Shown: positions 9,301 to 16,795 of the stretch, one piece after another
How the letters are laid out: every line of letters starts with the position of its first letter
How positions within the stretch are numbered: the first letter of the stretch is position 1
Assembly (NCBI RefSeq): GCF_001997385.1
Contig: NZ_CP019633.1
Span: 360,001-392,000, forward strand
Direction: 5' to 3'
DNA: 32,000 bases
Source: Sedimentisphaera cyanobacteriorum
Lineage (GTDB): Bacteria; Planctomycetota; Phycisphaerae; Sedimentisphaerales; Sedimentisphaeraceae
Position numbers and translations under genes: made by a program
Notes under the pieces: generated by a model
The model's database searches: none
What the model was told of the DNA's origin: nothing
Seen by the model: only the letters and a program-made list of their open reading frames with translations

Positions 9301-9589
9301 GGTGAAAATTAAGGTATTACTCGAAGATATCAATCAGATTCAGGCATCGGTGAAATTTGTTATTGAGGATTCGGGAATAGGGATGCCGGAAGGCAGACTC
9401 GAGGAGCTTTTCGATAAATTCACGCAGGCAGATGCATCTGATTCCAGAAAATACGAGGGGACGGGGCTGGGTCTGGCGCTCTCCAGAGAGCTTGTAGAGC
9501 TTATGGGAGGCAGAATCGATGCTGAGAGCGAAGAGGGGAAGGGCTCGGTTTTCCGGTTTACCGTAATCCTCAAAATCCCGCAGAATTAA
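6341..9589 (+). CDS. Sensor histidine kinase: periplasmic ABC-substrate-binding-like domain, TM, 2x PAS, GAF, HisKA, HATPase_c; no receiver domain
   Basis: The ORF opens at TTG 6311; I prefer the ATG at 6341. Signal/TM FVFLIVLLFLCPLG, a ~330-aa periplasmic region, then TM ILAIGIIAVEAVLIFILIF. PAS blocks (MDGLPDMVALLKPDRTIVYCNKAA...; FAWEIDPEGLYTYVSD...). GAF-like block (DRAYIFQCH...FWGFVGFDNC). H-box FLSAMSHELRTPLN. N/G boxes NLAGNAVKFT, DSGIGM, GTGLGLALS. Confidence 0.92.
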   Translation: MNDCVQDKSCSAYQSCFVFLIVLLFLCPLGFSNSENAGSYQIPKSNVLMLNSYHKGNLWEDRITEAVENEFIEYPQINLHVEYLDSKRHPLPQIEEAFTALLEEKYSKERLHLVIASDNDALEFTVRHRNELFPQTPIVFCGINDYSEDMLDNPEWYTGVDDINDPLGTIKLIKKLNPQLKSVTVVGDNTNTGIGAVNNVHKALNGKVRDIEIRYLTGLTMEGFLKELSALNPETDAALLTLVNRTPDGKFYTYKESADILSEACPAPIFCMNKVNIGSGVVGGKVGSGSGEGKLAGELALKILSGKPPSEIPVVRESEEVILDYNALERFGFEDSPAIQNYEIINKPYNWAERHKGKIILAIGIIAVEAVLIFILIFKLLQREKARGKQARYDQLKTIMDGLPDMVALLKPDRTIVYCNKAAQKIIGRKPEETTGQKCFTLFGRDEPCEQCGFSKAIEIKKPFSAVRYIEQLDIWVSEVSVPIFNDEGEIEKILQRLEDITELKEYQKQIELNNERYYQLSMHSKTFAWEIDPEGLYTYVSDISKEVIGYAPEELAGKQHFYDLWPEDEKERLMPSAFDIIRNRKKFLNFHDKVITKNGQEIWVSTSGFPVVSDSGELLGYRGTDKDITEHVKSRLALKQQTYLLKAAETSTALLLEENDLDKAVPRALEIVGKAADQDRAYIFQCHKDPESGKMLASQHYEWAKTEIGSQLNSQILQNFRFEERFPRWYENLTEGEIIAGNVKDFPESEKEVLRPQKIISMIAVPIKIENEFWGFVGFDNCRFEQEWSEAERAILSSLEGSFGAAVNRTKMEERLKESLKHSGKLNQVLENQVQSANRLTAAAEAANRAKAHFLSAMSHELRTPLNAIIGMSQVIDDDQLDDKKREGVQLILKSGRKLAKLINDILEYSKAEAKGLEVQEDEFSIREFMDEISAIISEKAEEKQIEFEMAIDDQLPEKMLGDTQLLRQVLSNLAGNAVKFTHEGGVKIKVLLEDINQIQASVKFVIEDSGIGMPEGRLEELFDKFTQADASDSRKYEGTGLGLALSRELVELMGGRIDAESEEGKGSVFRFTVILKIPQN

Positions 9590-9608
9590 TCCGAATCGAA
9601 GTTTTTTG

Positions 9609-9865
9609 TCCACAGATTTTATGAATGTAAAGCCCTTCTATTAAATAACTAACAGAAATCTTCGTGCCCTTCGAGCCCTTCGCGGTTTAAACCAATCCCA
9701 CGAGGATTAAAAAATTACCCGCCCAAAAATTTTTCTCCGCCTTTTCCTTATCAAATATCTATCCTGTCAATCCTGTTAATCCTGTCTAAAAATATCCCCT
9801 TAGTGCTTCTTAGCGTTTCTCAGTGGCTGAAATATCTTAGCGCTGCTCAGCGGCTGTAAATCACA
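9609..9865. repeat. Mosaic intergenic repeat locus R2 (modules M3, M4, M5)
   Basis: 9717-9792 is near-identical to 21933-22008 (acccgcccaaaaat.tttctccgccttttccttatcaaatatctatcctgtcaatcctgttaatcctgtctaaaaa). 9792-9852 matches 21860-21920 (atatcccc.ttagtgcttcttagcg...ctcagtggctgaaatatct). 9611-9700 matches 6107-6195. Confidence 0.9.
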
Positions 9866-10131
9866 TCGAGAATTATAAAACGCGGGTTTGAGAGCGGGAA
9901 AAATAAAAGACTTTGGAATTTTCTAACCCCTTTTATTTCATATATTTACAAATTACAGCCGGCGATTTGAACGGAAAATTTCGCGCAAATTATTAACATT
10001 CAGCCAAAGGTTGAGAGGTCGTTTTTGTTAAAAGGCTATGGCAGATTGGTTAAGTTTTGTTTTTTTGCAGCCTCTCTTCAATCTGCCGGAAGCCTTTTTG
10101 AGAACTTAAACAGGTTAATAAGGAGAAGGAA

Positions 10132-10938
10132 ATGATCGACTACATCAAAATCGATTCGGACATCCTGAATCTATCCGTTGGCAGTGCCGAGAAGCTCGTG
10201 CTCGCGGCGGGCAGGCTGCCCAAGGGCTGCAAGCTCTCCAACGCCCAGCTTGCTGGAATCTGCGGCGTATCGCTGAGAACTCTAATAAGAATCGTGATGG
10301 AGCTCAAGGGCATGGGATTGATCCGTGTTTACAAATCCGGCAACAACCGCACCATAATTACAGCAGATACCTGCATTGCGGGGGATGACAGGTTGGCACA
10401 ACGACAAAATGACACGTGTCAGGATGGCGTTAAGTTGTGTCAGAATGTTACTGAGGGGTGCCAAGCTGTCACTGGAAAGTGTCAGACTGACACACATAAT
10501 TTAAAAAGTAAAAGAAATAAAAAAGAAAAGGCGGCGGAGCGAACAATTGAGCCTTCTGTAGGGGCTCATTGTTCTCCGCCTTGTAAGGGAAAACCAGCAG
10601 CCGGTAAGGACGGGGCTGTTCTCACTGGGAAAGCCCGATTTCAAGGGTCTGCCGGTGAAGCGGGGGGCAGCTCTGCGGACAAACCCGAGCGACGAGGAAA
10701 CATGTCAGAGGATTCGTCTAAGCCTTCTGCCGGTGAAGGCGGGGATATCGGGGATTTCACGATGAAGGAATTCCGCAGTTATCTCTCAGAGAGGCTCGGA
10801 GGCCCCGGGGCAAAGAACTACGCAGGCAGGGCATACCAGCTTCGGATAGCGATCTTCACTGCCGGCAGCAGGGCAAACGCCGAATTCCTTGAATGGGTGC
10901 GTAAAAGGCGGAGCGAAGCCGGCGAAGGCGGGCAGTAA
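10132..10938 (+). CDS. Winged-HTH protein with internal 7-aa CQ repeats and a Lys-rich linker; possible phage/plasmid replication-initiator-like protein
   Basis: 268 aa with a strong RBS (aaggag ~14 nt upstream). The N-terminal ~75 aa look like a wHTH (KLSNAQLAGICGVSLRTLIRIVMELKGMGLIRV). Then CQDGVKL/CQNVTEG/CQAVTGK/CQTDTHN repeats, NLKSKRNKKEK, and a G/A/E-rich C-terminal half. The functional call is inference. Confidence 0.7.
   Translation: MIDYIKIDSDILNLSVGSAEKLVLAAGRLPKGCKLSNAQLAGICGVSLRTLIRIVMELKGMGLIRVYKSGNNRTIITADTCIAGDDRLAQRQNDTCQDGVKLCQNVTEGCQAVTGKCQTDTHNLKSKRNKKEKAAERTIEPSVGAHCSPPCKGKPAAGKDGAVLTGKARFQGSAGEAGGSSADKPERRGNMSEDSSKPSAGEGGDIGDFTMKEFRSYLSERLGGPGAKNYAGRAYQLRIAIFTAGSRANAEFLEWVRKRRSEAGEGGQ
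10386..10535. repeat. Iteron-like array: TGTCAG sites phased at exactly 21 bp, two perfect palindromes, then an A/T-rich tract (inside the wHTH gene)
   Basis: TGTCAG at 10417, 10438 and 10480, with degenerate TGCCAA at 10459 (spacing 21/21/21). TGACACGTGTCA at 10410-10421 is a 12-bp perfect palindrome. GTGTCAG-A-CTGACAC at 10479-10493 is a 7+1+7 perfect palindrome. Extra TGACA/TGTCA half-sites at 10386 and 10467. 10496-10530 is almost pure A/T (aatttaaaaagtaaaagaaataaaaaagaaaa). Confidence 0.6.
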
Positions 10939-11107
10939 AATATTTTACCATTGCCGGCAAGCTTTGATTTATTCAGTTTGCATTTATTATTGCGAAATAG
11001 AATAAAAAATGAAAAAATTTTCGCTGAGTTGTATTTTAATAACAGAAAAACTTCATATTTGCAGTTTAAGGCAGGAATTTTTGTAATTTTTTGAAAGCTT
11101 AAATATT

Positions 11108-13108
11108 ATGCACAAACATACCAGAAGAGATTTTATCAAAGCGGCGGGCTGTTCTGTCCTGTCCGCTCAATTTGCGGGCGGTTTATCATTCGCTCAAACC
11201 CCAGCCTCAGGCTCCAAGCCCAATATAATCTTCATCCTCATCGATGATATGGGCTATGCAGACCCAAGCTGCTTCGGAAATCCTGTGATGAAAACGCCGA
11301 ATATGGACAGGCTCGCAAAGCAGGGCATTAGGCTTACGAATTTCTATGTCAATGCGCCGGTCTGCTCGCCCACGAGAGTTGGGCTCACTACAGGGCAGTA
11401 TCCAACCCGCTGGGACATACATACATACATCGCCTCAAGCTCGAGAAACGACAGCCGAGAAATGGCAGATTACCTCGACCTCGATGCCCCGAGCCTTGCG
11501 AGATTTCTCAAGAGCTCCGGATACGCCACTGCCCATATAGGCAAATGGCATATGGGCGGGGGAAGAGATGTGGACTACGCCCCGTTCCCCAGCGAATACG
11601 GCTTCGACGAGAGCTATGTAAATTTTGAAGGACTTGGAGACAGGGTGCTCATCAATGGCCACGGCCTTTCAGACCAGAGCGGACAGCTGGGCAAGGGCGA
11701 TATTCGCTGGGCGGATAAGCACGAGCTCAGCGGCATTTATGTGGATAAGGTGATTGATTTTATCAGCCGGAATAAGGATAAAAGCTTCTTTATCAACCTC
11801 TGGCCTGACGACGTGCACACCCAGCACCTGCCCGAGAAGATTGGCAAATGGAAAAACGTTACGGATAACCCGCACGAGCAGAAATTTTTCGCTGTGCTCG
11901 AGAATCTCGACGAGCAGATCGGCCGGCTGATGAACGCACTTGAGAGCCATGGAGTTGCTGAGGATACGCTTGTAGTGCTTGTGAGCGATAACGGGCCTAC
12001 CGACGGGGGCAACTTCTACAGCGACGGCTGGAATCCTCCGGGATTTACAGGCAAGCTCAGGGGCAGGAAGCTGAGCCTGTATGAAGGCGGGATTCGTATG
12101 CCGTTTATAGCCCGCTGGCCTGGCAGGATCAAGGCGGGCAGCGTGAACAGGCAGAGCGTTGTATGCGGGATGGATATGCTGCCCACATTATGCAGTATTG
12201 CAGGGGTTGAAGTGCCTGAATCTGCAAACCTCGACGGGCTTAATATGAGCGGTGCTCTGCTTGGCGATGCTCCGCAAAGGGATGAGCCGGTATTTTGGCA
12301 CTGCGGCGAGCCGTTCTTCCAACCCGGTACAGGCAGCCCGTTCAACAGCAGCCCGAGCCTTGCGGTGCGCGACGGGGACTGGAAGTTTCTGATAAATCCA
12401 GACGGGTCTGAAGCCCAGCTCTACAATCTGAGTGAGGATATTTCAGAGCAGGATAATCTCTTTGAAGAGCATCCGGATAAGGTAAGCGAGCTTTGGGGAA
12501 AAATCAGGGCTTGGGCGAGCGATGTCGGAGTGCCTGTGCAGAATAATACGCCAACCCCCGCATTGGCTCCGGTTACGATAGACCTTGGCAAATCCAAGGC
12601 AAGGGCGGTGAATACCGGCGTGGATGTGGCTCAGGATGATAGCGGGCAGCGATTCTGCTTTGAAGGAAGCGGCTGCCTGGATGTGTTTATTATGGATGTC
12701 CCGAAGCTTGAGGATTCAGGCGTTATGATTTCTGCTGAGGCCGCCCCGGACGCCCAAGACGGCGTACTGCTCGCTCAGGGCGGAAGCCGCACGGGATATT
12801 CGCTGTATCTCGACGGCGGGAAGCCGGCCTTCTGCGTTTGCGTAGAAAACTCCCGCACAACGATAAAAGGATCGGAAAACGTGCCATCAGGGAAATTTGA
12901 TATTTCCGCAGTTTTGAGCAGCAGCGGAAGGATGGAGCTTTACGTAAACGGCGAGCTAACTGCTTCAGGCCAAAAAGACTCTGTTTTCACCCGCGACGCA
13001 GGAGACACGCTCCAGATCGGGGCAGACCTCATCTCGCAGGTGGGAACTTACTCCTCGGAGAATTGGTTCAAGGGCTGCCTGAGCAATATCAGAATCAGCA
13101 CCCTTTAA
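11108..13108 (+). CDS. Tat-exported sulfatase (formylglycine type) with C-terminal LamG/concanavalin-like domain
   Basis: 666 aa. Twin-arginine signal MHKHTRRDFIKAAG...AQ. Sulfatase blocks PNIIFILIDDMGYAD, CSPTR (C-x-P-x-R), GKWHMGG, LVSDNGP. The C-terminal ~170 aa (GYSLYLDGGKPAFCV...ELYVNGEL...FKGCLSNIRIS) look like a LamG jelly-roll. Confidence 0.92.
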   Translation: MHKHTRRDFIKAAGCSVLSAQFAGGLSFAQTPASGSKPNIIFILIDDMGYADPSCFGNPVMKTPNMDRLAKQGIRLTNFYVNAPVCSPTRVGLTTGQYPTRWDIHTYIASSSRNDSREMADYLDLDAPSLARFLKSSGYATAHIGKWHMGGGRDVDYAPFPSEYGFDESYVNFEGLGDRVLINGHGLSDQSGQLGKGDIRWADKHELSGIYVDKVIDFISRNKDKSFFINLWPDDVHTQHLPEKIGKWKNVTDNPHEQKFFAVLENLDEQIGRLMNALESHGVAEDTLVVLVSDNGPTDGGNFYSDGWNPPGFTGKLRGRKLSLYEGGIRMPFIARWPGRIKAGSVNRQSVVCGMDMLPTLCSIAGVEVPESANLDGLNMSGALLGDAPQRDEPVFWHCGEPFFQPGTGSPFNSSPSLAVRDGDWKFLINPDGSEAQLYNLSEDISEQDNLFEEHPDKVSELWGKIRAWASDVGVPVQNNTPTPALAPVTIDLGKSKARAVNTGVDVAQDDSGQRFCFEGSGCLDVFIMDVPKLEDSGVMISAEAAPDAQDGVLLAQGGSRTGYSLYLDGGKPAFCVCVENSRTTIKGSENVPSGKFDISAVLSSSGRMELYVNGELTASGQKDSVFTRDAGDTLQIGADLISQVGTYSSENWFKGCLSNIRISTL

Positions 13109-13116
13109 ATCATAAG

Positions 13117-13156
13117 ACAAAAAAAGGCGGCTGAAATTGCCGCCTTTGCTTTTTTC
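13117..13156. terminator. Bidirectional rho-independent terminator between convergent genes
   Basis: aaaaaaaggcggc-tgaaatt-gccgcctttgctttttt. A 9-bp GC-rich stem is flanked by an A-run upstream and a T-run downstream, so it reads as a terminator on both strands. Confidence 0.8.
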
Positions 13157-13170
13157 TGTTTGTCCCGCTT

Positions 13171-14034
13171 CTACTTCTCTTCGACGCTGGCCTTATTAAC
13201 GTGCTTATCGAGGAATTTCTCGAGTGCTTCTTCTTTTTTCTGTTCCTGAAGCTGGTTTTCGATGTAGTCTTTCACTTCATCAAGCCCGCACTGTCTCTCG
13301 GGCTGCCTGTCGGTAACTTTTGCGATATGGAAGCCGAATTCGGTTCTGAAAACCTCGCTCACCTCGCCTACTTCCATCCCGAAAGCGATGTCCTCGAAGT
13401 CTTCCACCATCTTCCCGCGTGCGAAGTAGCCGAGATCTCCGCCTTGGTCCGGGCATTCTGAATATTCCGCTGCGAATTCAGCGAAATCTTTCTCGCCGTT
13501 TGTAATCCGCTCCAAAACTCCCTGAAGCTCTTCGTATGCCTCATCGTTCTCTTCGCCCGGGGCGAGGTGCTTAACGATATGGCTTGCACGCACCATCTCG
13601 GGGATCACGAATTTCTCTTTGTTGTTTTCGTAGTAATCCTCGATTTCCTCGAATGAGGGGGCATCAGCGGAGTCCTGAACCTCGGATACGAGCCTGCGTA
13701 TTTTTGTCTGCAGCTCAATATCCTTTATTACCTCATCCTCGCTGGACTTATCAAGCCCTCTTTCCTCGAAGAACTTGTCTTTCCCGCCGGCCTTTTCGAT
13801 AAGGTCGCTGTAGGTTTTCTGAACCTCTTCTGCCACGTCATAATCACGTTTGTCCGCTTCCTGCTTGAGGATGAACTGCTCTGTGAGGTTTTCCTTTGCC
13901 CACTGCTTGAGCTGATTTTCCCGCTCGGTCTGTTCCATATTCGCAAAAACCTGCTCATACTGCGGACGCATACGTTCCATCTCTTCGCTGATAAGCGTAT
14001 CTTCTACTATTTCACCGTTTACATACATAGACAT
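13171..14034 (-). CDS. Parvulin-type peptidyl-prolyl cis-trans isomerase (PpiC/SurA-like)
   Basis: 287 aa. Rotamase block VRASHIVKH...DFAEFAAEYSECPDQGGDLGYFARGKMVEDFEDIAF...GEVSEVFRTEFGFHIAKV. No obvious signal peptide. Its start abuts the tilS stop. Confidence 0.88.
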   Translation of the reverse strand: MSMYVNGEIVEDTLISEEMERMRPQYEQVFANMEQTERENQLKQWAKENLTEQFILKQEADKRDYDVAEEVQKTYSDLIEKAGGKDKFFEERGLDKSSEDEVIKDIELQTKIRRLVSEVQDSADAPSFEEIEDYYENNKEKFVIPEMVRASHIVKHLAPGEENDEAYEELQGVLERITNGEKDFAEFAAEYSECPDQGGDLGYFARGKMVEDFEDIAFGMEVGEVSEVFRTEFGFHIAKVTDRQPERQCGLDEVKDYIENQLQEQKKEEALEKFLDKHVNKASVEEK

Positions 14035-15456
14035 TTACTCACCTAATTGAAGCCTCGTAAGTTTTATTAAAATGATACATTTCGTTTTTTCCGTTATCTT
14101 CACTTCTTCCGAAGTTCTGTATGGTGCTACCCATATTATTTTACTTGTTTTGTCTTGGAATACAACCGCATTAGACCTTTCCATCCTGTTTACTTTCGCC
14201 CGAATGAGAAATTTGTTCACCCTCTGGGGCGAATTGAGGCTGAACGGGATAAAGCGGTCGCCTGCCTGCCTCTGTCTTGCGGTTATGGGCAGGGCGGTTT
14301 TCTCTGCATCGAAAAGGGTTGTGCCTTTGGGCTTTTCTTTGAGGAATCTTTCGAATTTTGATTTATCGAACTGCTCCTGCCTTACTTCTATCTGCCAAAC
14401 GCCGAATCTGAATTTCCCGGGCGATTCGATTTTTACGCCGGAGAGGCCTTCTGTCTTCAAGAGCGAGAAGATTATCTTGTCCTGATTTGTGAAAACGTAG
14501 ATCTCATCGGGCAGCTGGAGCTTTGAGCTTTGAGCCTCTCCGGCACGCTCAAGTATTCGGGTGTAATGGTCTCTGGTGAGCTTGTTTTCGCCTGCCCCGA
14601 GCTGAACCAAAATCCTGCGCGCAATCTCCTGTTTCACGAGGACTGCAAGGGCGTTGAATTCGTTTCGGTTTACCGTTACAAAATCCTGCTCGCTTATGAT
14701 TACCGTGCTGTGCCAGCAGTTTTCCGCCTCCCTGCACACGCTTTCATCCAGCCTTTCTGCTGCCTCGCTTAGAAGGCAGAGCTTTTCGCAGATATTCGGG
14801 GATTCTTTCCTGATTTCCGGAAGCAGGGAATTGCGGATAAAATTTCTGCGATAGTCATTTGTGAGGTTTGTTGAATCAACAGCGTAAGGGATTGCCTTTT
14901 CTCTGCAGTATTCGAGGATCTCATCCTTTTCTGCGAAGAGCAGGGGGCTTACAAGAAGGAGCCCGTTTACCCGCCTTGACTGCCTTATCCCGCAAAGGCC
15001 TCTGAAACCCGTGCCTCTTTGGAGCCGGTGGATTACAGTCTCGCAGTTGTCGCCGGCGTGGTGGCCGGTGAGGATGCAGTCGAAGCCTTTATTGCGTGAA
15101 AGCCTGCTGAAAATTTCGAGTCTGATATTTCTTGCAGCAGTTTCCACAGACTCATTTTTCTCTTCCGCTCTGCCCGAAACATCTGCGGTTTCGCTGTAAT
15201 ACTCGATGCCTCGGTCTTCGCAGAACTTACGGGCAAACTCTTCATCCCTTTTTGATGCCTCGCCGCGCAGATTGTGATTTATATGAACGGCTGCAAGCGG
15301 GGCAGTGAGCCTGCCTTCTTTGCAAAGAGCTGCGGCTGCCTCCAGAAGCGCACAGGAATCAGGGCCTCCCGAAAATGCTGCAAGCAGGCTTGCGGAGGGA
15401 TGCAATTCTTTCACGCTTTCCAAAGCGCTGAGTATTTTGGACTCAAACTCATTCAT
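14035..15456 (-). CDS. tilS: tRNA(Ile)-lysidine synthase
   Basis: PP-loop AAFSGGPDSCALL, then HINHNLRG. I prefer the ATG at 15454-15456 (MNEFESK...), which removes the 89-nt overlap that the track start (15549) makes with the upstream permease gene. Confidence 0.88.
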   Translation of the reverse strand: MNEFESKILSALESVKELHPSASLLAAFSGGPDSCALLEAAAALCKEGRLTAPLAAVHINHNLRGEASKRDEEFARKFCEDRGIEYYSETADVSGRAEEKNESVETAARNIRLEIFSRLSRNKGFDCILTGHHAGDNCETVIHRLQRGTGFRGLCGIRQSRRVNGLLLVSPLLFAEKDEILEYCREKAIPYAVDSTNLTNDYRRNFIRNSLLPEIRKESPNICEKLCLLSEAAERLDESVCREAENCWHSTVIISEQDFVTVNRNEFNALAVLVKQEIARRILVQLGAGENKLTRDHYTRILERAGEAQSSKLQLPDEIYVFTNQDKIIFSLLKTEGLSGVKIESPGKFRFGVWQIEVRQEQFDKSKFERFLKEKPKGTTLFDAEKTALPITARQRQAGDRFIPFSLNSPQRVNKFLIRAKVNRMERSNAVVFQDKTSKIIWVAPYRTSEEVKITEKTKCIILIKLTRLQLGE

Positions 15457-15460
15457 CAGA

Positions 15461-16774
15461 TCATTCGTATCTGAGCGTTTTAACAGGATCAGTTCTTGCG
15501 GCGGATACAGCGGGCAGAAGAGCCCCTGCAAGGGAGGCGGCGAGGGCATAAAATGAAATCCTCACGGCAGAGCCGATATCCAAACTGTTCGGGATTTTGG
15601 TGAACATATAAACACTGCTCTTCCATATCTTCACGCCTGTGAGCCGGCTGATAAGGTTTTCGATGGTGTTGATATTTTCTGTGAACAGCCAGCCGAACAG
15701 GATGCCAAGCGCCGTTCCTGCAATCGCCACAAACACCCCGAACAGCAGATACACCCCAGCGACGCCTGCGCGGGACTGCCCGAAGCTGCGCAGGATTGCG
15801 ATGTCTTTGCGTCTGCCCATAACAATCATATAGAAAATGCAGAATATCAGCAGGACAACGCCGCCGCTGACGATTGAGAACACCGCCATCAGAACATCCA
15901 TCTGCTTGTGGTATTCTGCAACGAGGCGTTTCTGCATATCTCTGCTCAGGGCGATAGAGCTGTAGCCCACCCAGCTTGCCGGCCAGCCGAGCTCATTTCT
16001 CGCAAAGTCCGACCATACTGTCTGAACTTTCGAGAGAAGCTCTCTCTGTCTGCGGTCGCTGAGGCCCTGATTGAATCTGATTTGGATTGTGTCTGCCAGC
16101 GGGCTGTTCTTATCGGGATAAAGCTCCCTGCTGAGGGTTTCGATGGGCAGGTAAACGCTGGAGGAATCGAACTGGTTTATACCGCTGAACGATACCGCAT
16201 CAATCTTAACCCGCAGATCGCTCCTTTGGAAATTGGCGGCATCCCCGGAGCCCTGCCTGCCTGTAAGGACGAGGGCATTTTTTCCCGTCCAGCTTTTGGC
16301 CTCTTCGAAATCGTACTTATCAGTAACCGGATCGGGGCTTGTTAGCAGGCCGATAGAAAGGGCTGCCGAATCGCCTGAAAACCTGCCCTCAGAGCTGATA
16401 AAATCATTGCGTATGCCTGTAACCTCATCCTGACTTTCAATATCGATTCCCCAAATCTGCGTTTTCTTCACCTGTCCTCTGCCTATCAGCACAAGTCCCT
16501 GGGCGTTTAGCAGGCCAGAGGCCGCCTTAACGCCCTCAATATCTTCTATTCTGCCGGTGAGGGTTTTGAAGTCTGAAATCTGAAGGGATGGATGAGGCCT
16601 TATAACAGCATCGCCCATCGAATCGGATGCCCCTTTTTCAACCGCCTCAATAAAGCCGCTGAATACAGAGCTTATAGACACAAGCAGTCCGCAGCTCAGC
16701 GCTACTGCAAGAACGCTGATTACCACAAGGCGAACTTTCAGCAGATATCGCAGACAAAGCAGGTATTTCAGCAT
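15461..16774 (-). CDS. ABC transporter permease, LolC/LolE/MacB (FtsX-domain) type
   Basis: 437 aa. N-terminal TM, a large periplasmic domain, and a C-terminal FtsX block (RRKDIAILRSFGQSRAGV...LPAVSAARTDPVKTLRYE). No cognate ATPase gene is adjacent. Confidence 0.85.
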   Translation of the reverse strand: MLKYLLCLRYLLKVRLVVISVLAVALSCGLLVSISSVFSGFIEAVEKGASDSMGDAVIRPHPSLQISDFKTLTGRIEDIEGVKAASGLLNAQGLVLIGRGQVKKTQIWGIDIESQDEVTGIRNDFISSEGRFSGDSAALSIGLLTSPDPVTDKYDFEEAKSWTGKNALVLTGRQGSGDAANFQRSDLRVKIDAVSFSGINQFDSSSVYLPIETLSRELYPDKNSPLADTIQIRFNQGLSDRRQRELLSKVQTVWSDFARNELGWPASWVGYSSIALSRDMQKRLVAEYHKQMDVLMAVFSIVSGGVVLLIFCIFYMIVMGRRKDIAILRSFGQSRAGVAGVYLLFGVFVAIAGTALGILFGWLFTENINTIENLISRLTGVKIWKSSVYMFTKIPNSLDIGSAVRISFYALAASLAGALLPAVSAARTDPVKTLRYE

Positions 16775-16795
16775 CTGTTTTCCTGCATCCTTATA

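Noticed and set aside
9661-9690. Similarity of repeat module M3 (cttcgtgcccttcgagcccttcgcgg) to the tRNA-Asp T-arm/acceptor 3' end (ggttcgagtcccttcggcc), hinting at a tRNA-derived SINE/MITE
   Set aside because: The match is only ~13 nt with an indel. No other tRNA-like parts (D arm, anticodon arm) appear in the module. It is most likely coincidence.
14035-15549. Longer N-terminal extensions given by the ORF track for tilS (15549), the KS-like gene (5073), the kinase (TTG 6311) and the coiled-coil gene (TTG 25727)
   Set aside because: The extensions overlap upstream genes or add non-conserved residues. Internal starts (15456, 5043, 6341, 25766) give tight non-overlapping junctions or better RBS context. 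This stays uncertain without experimental N-termini.
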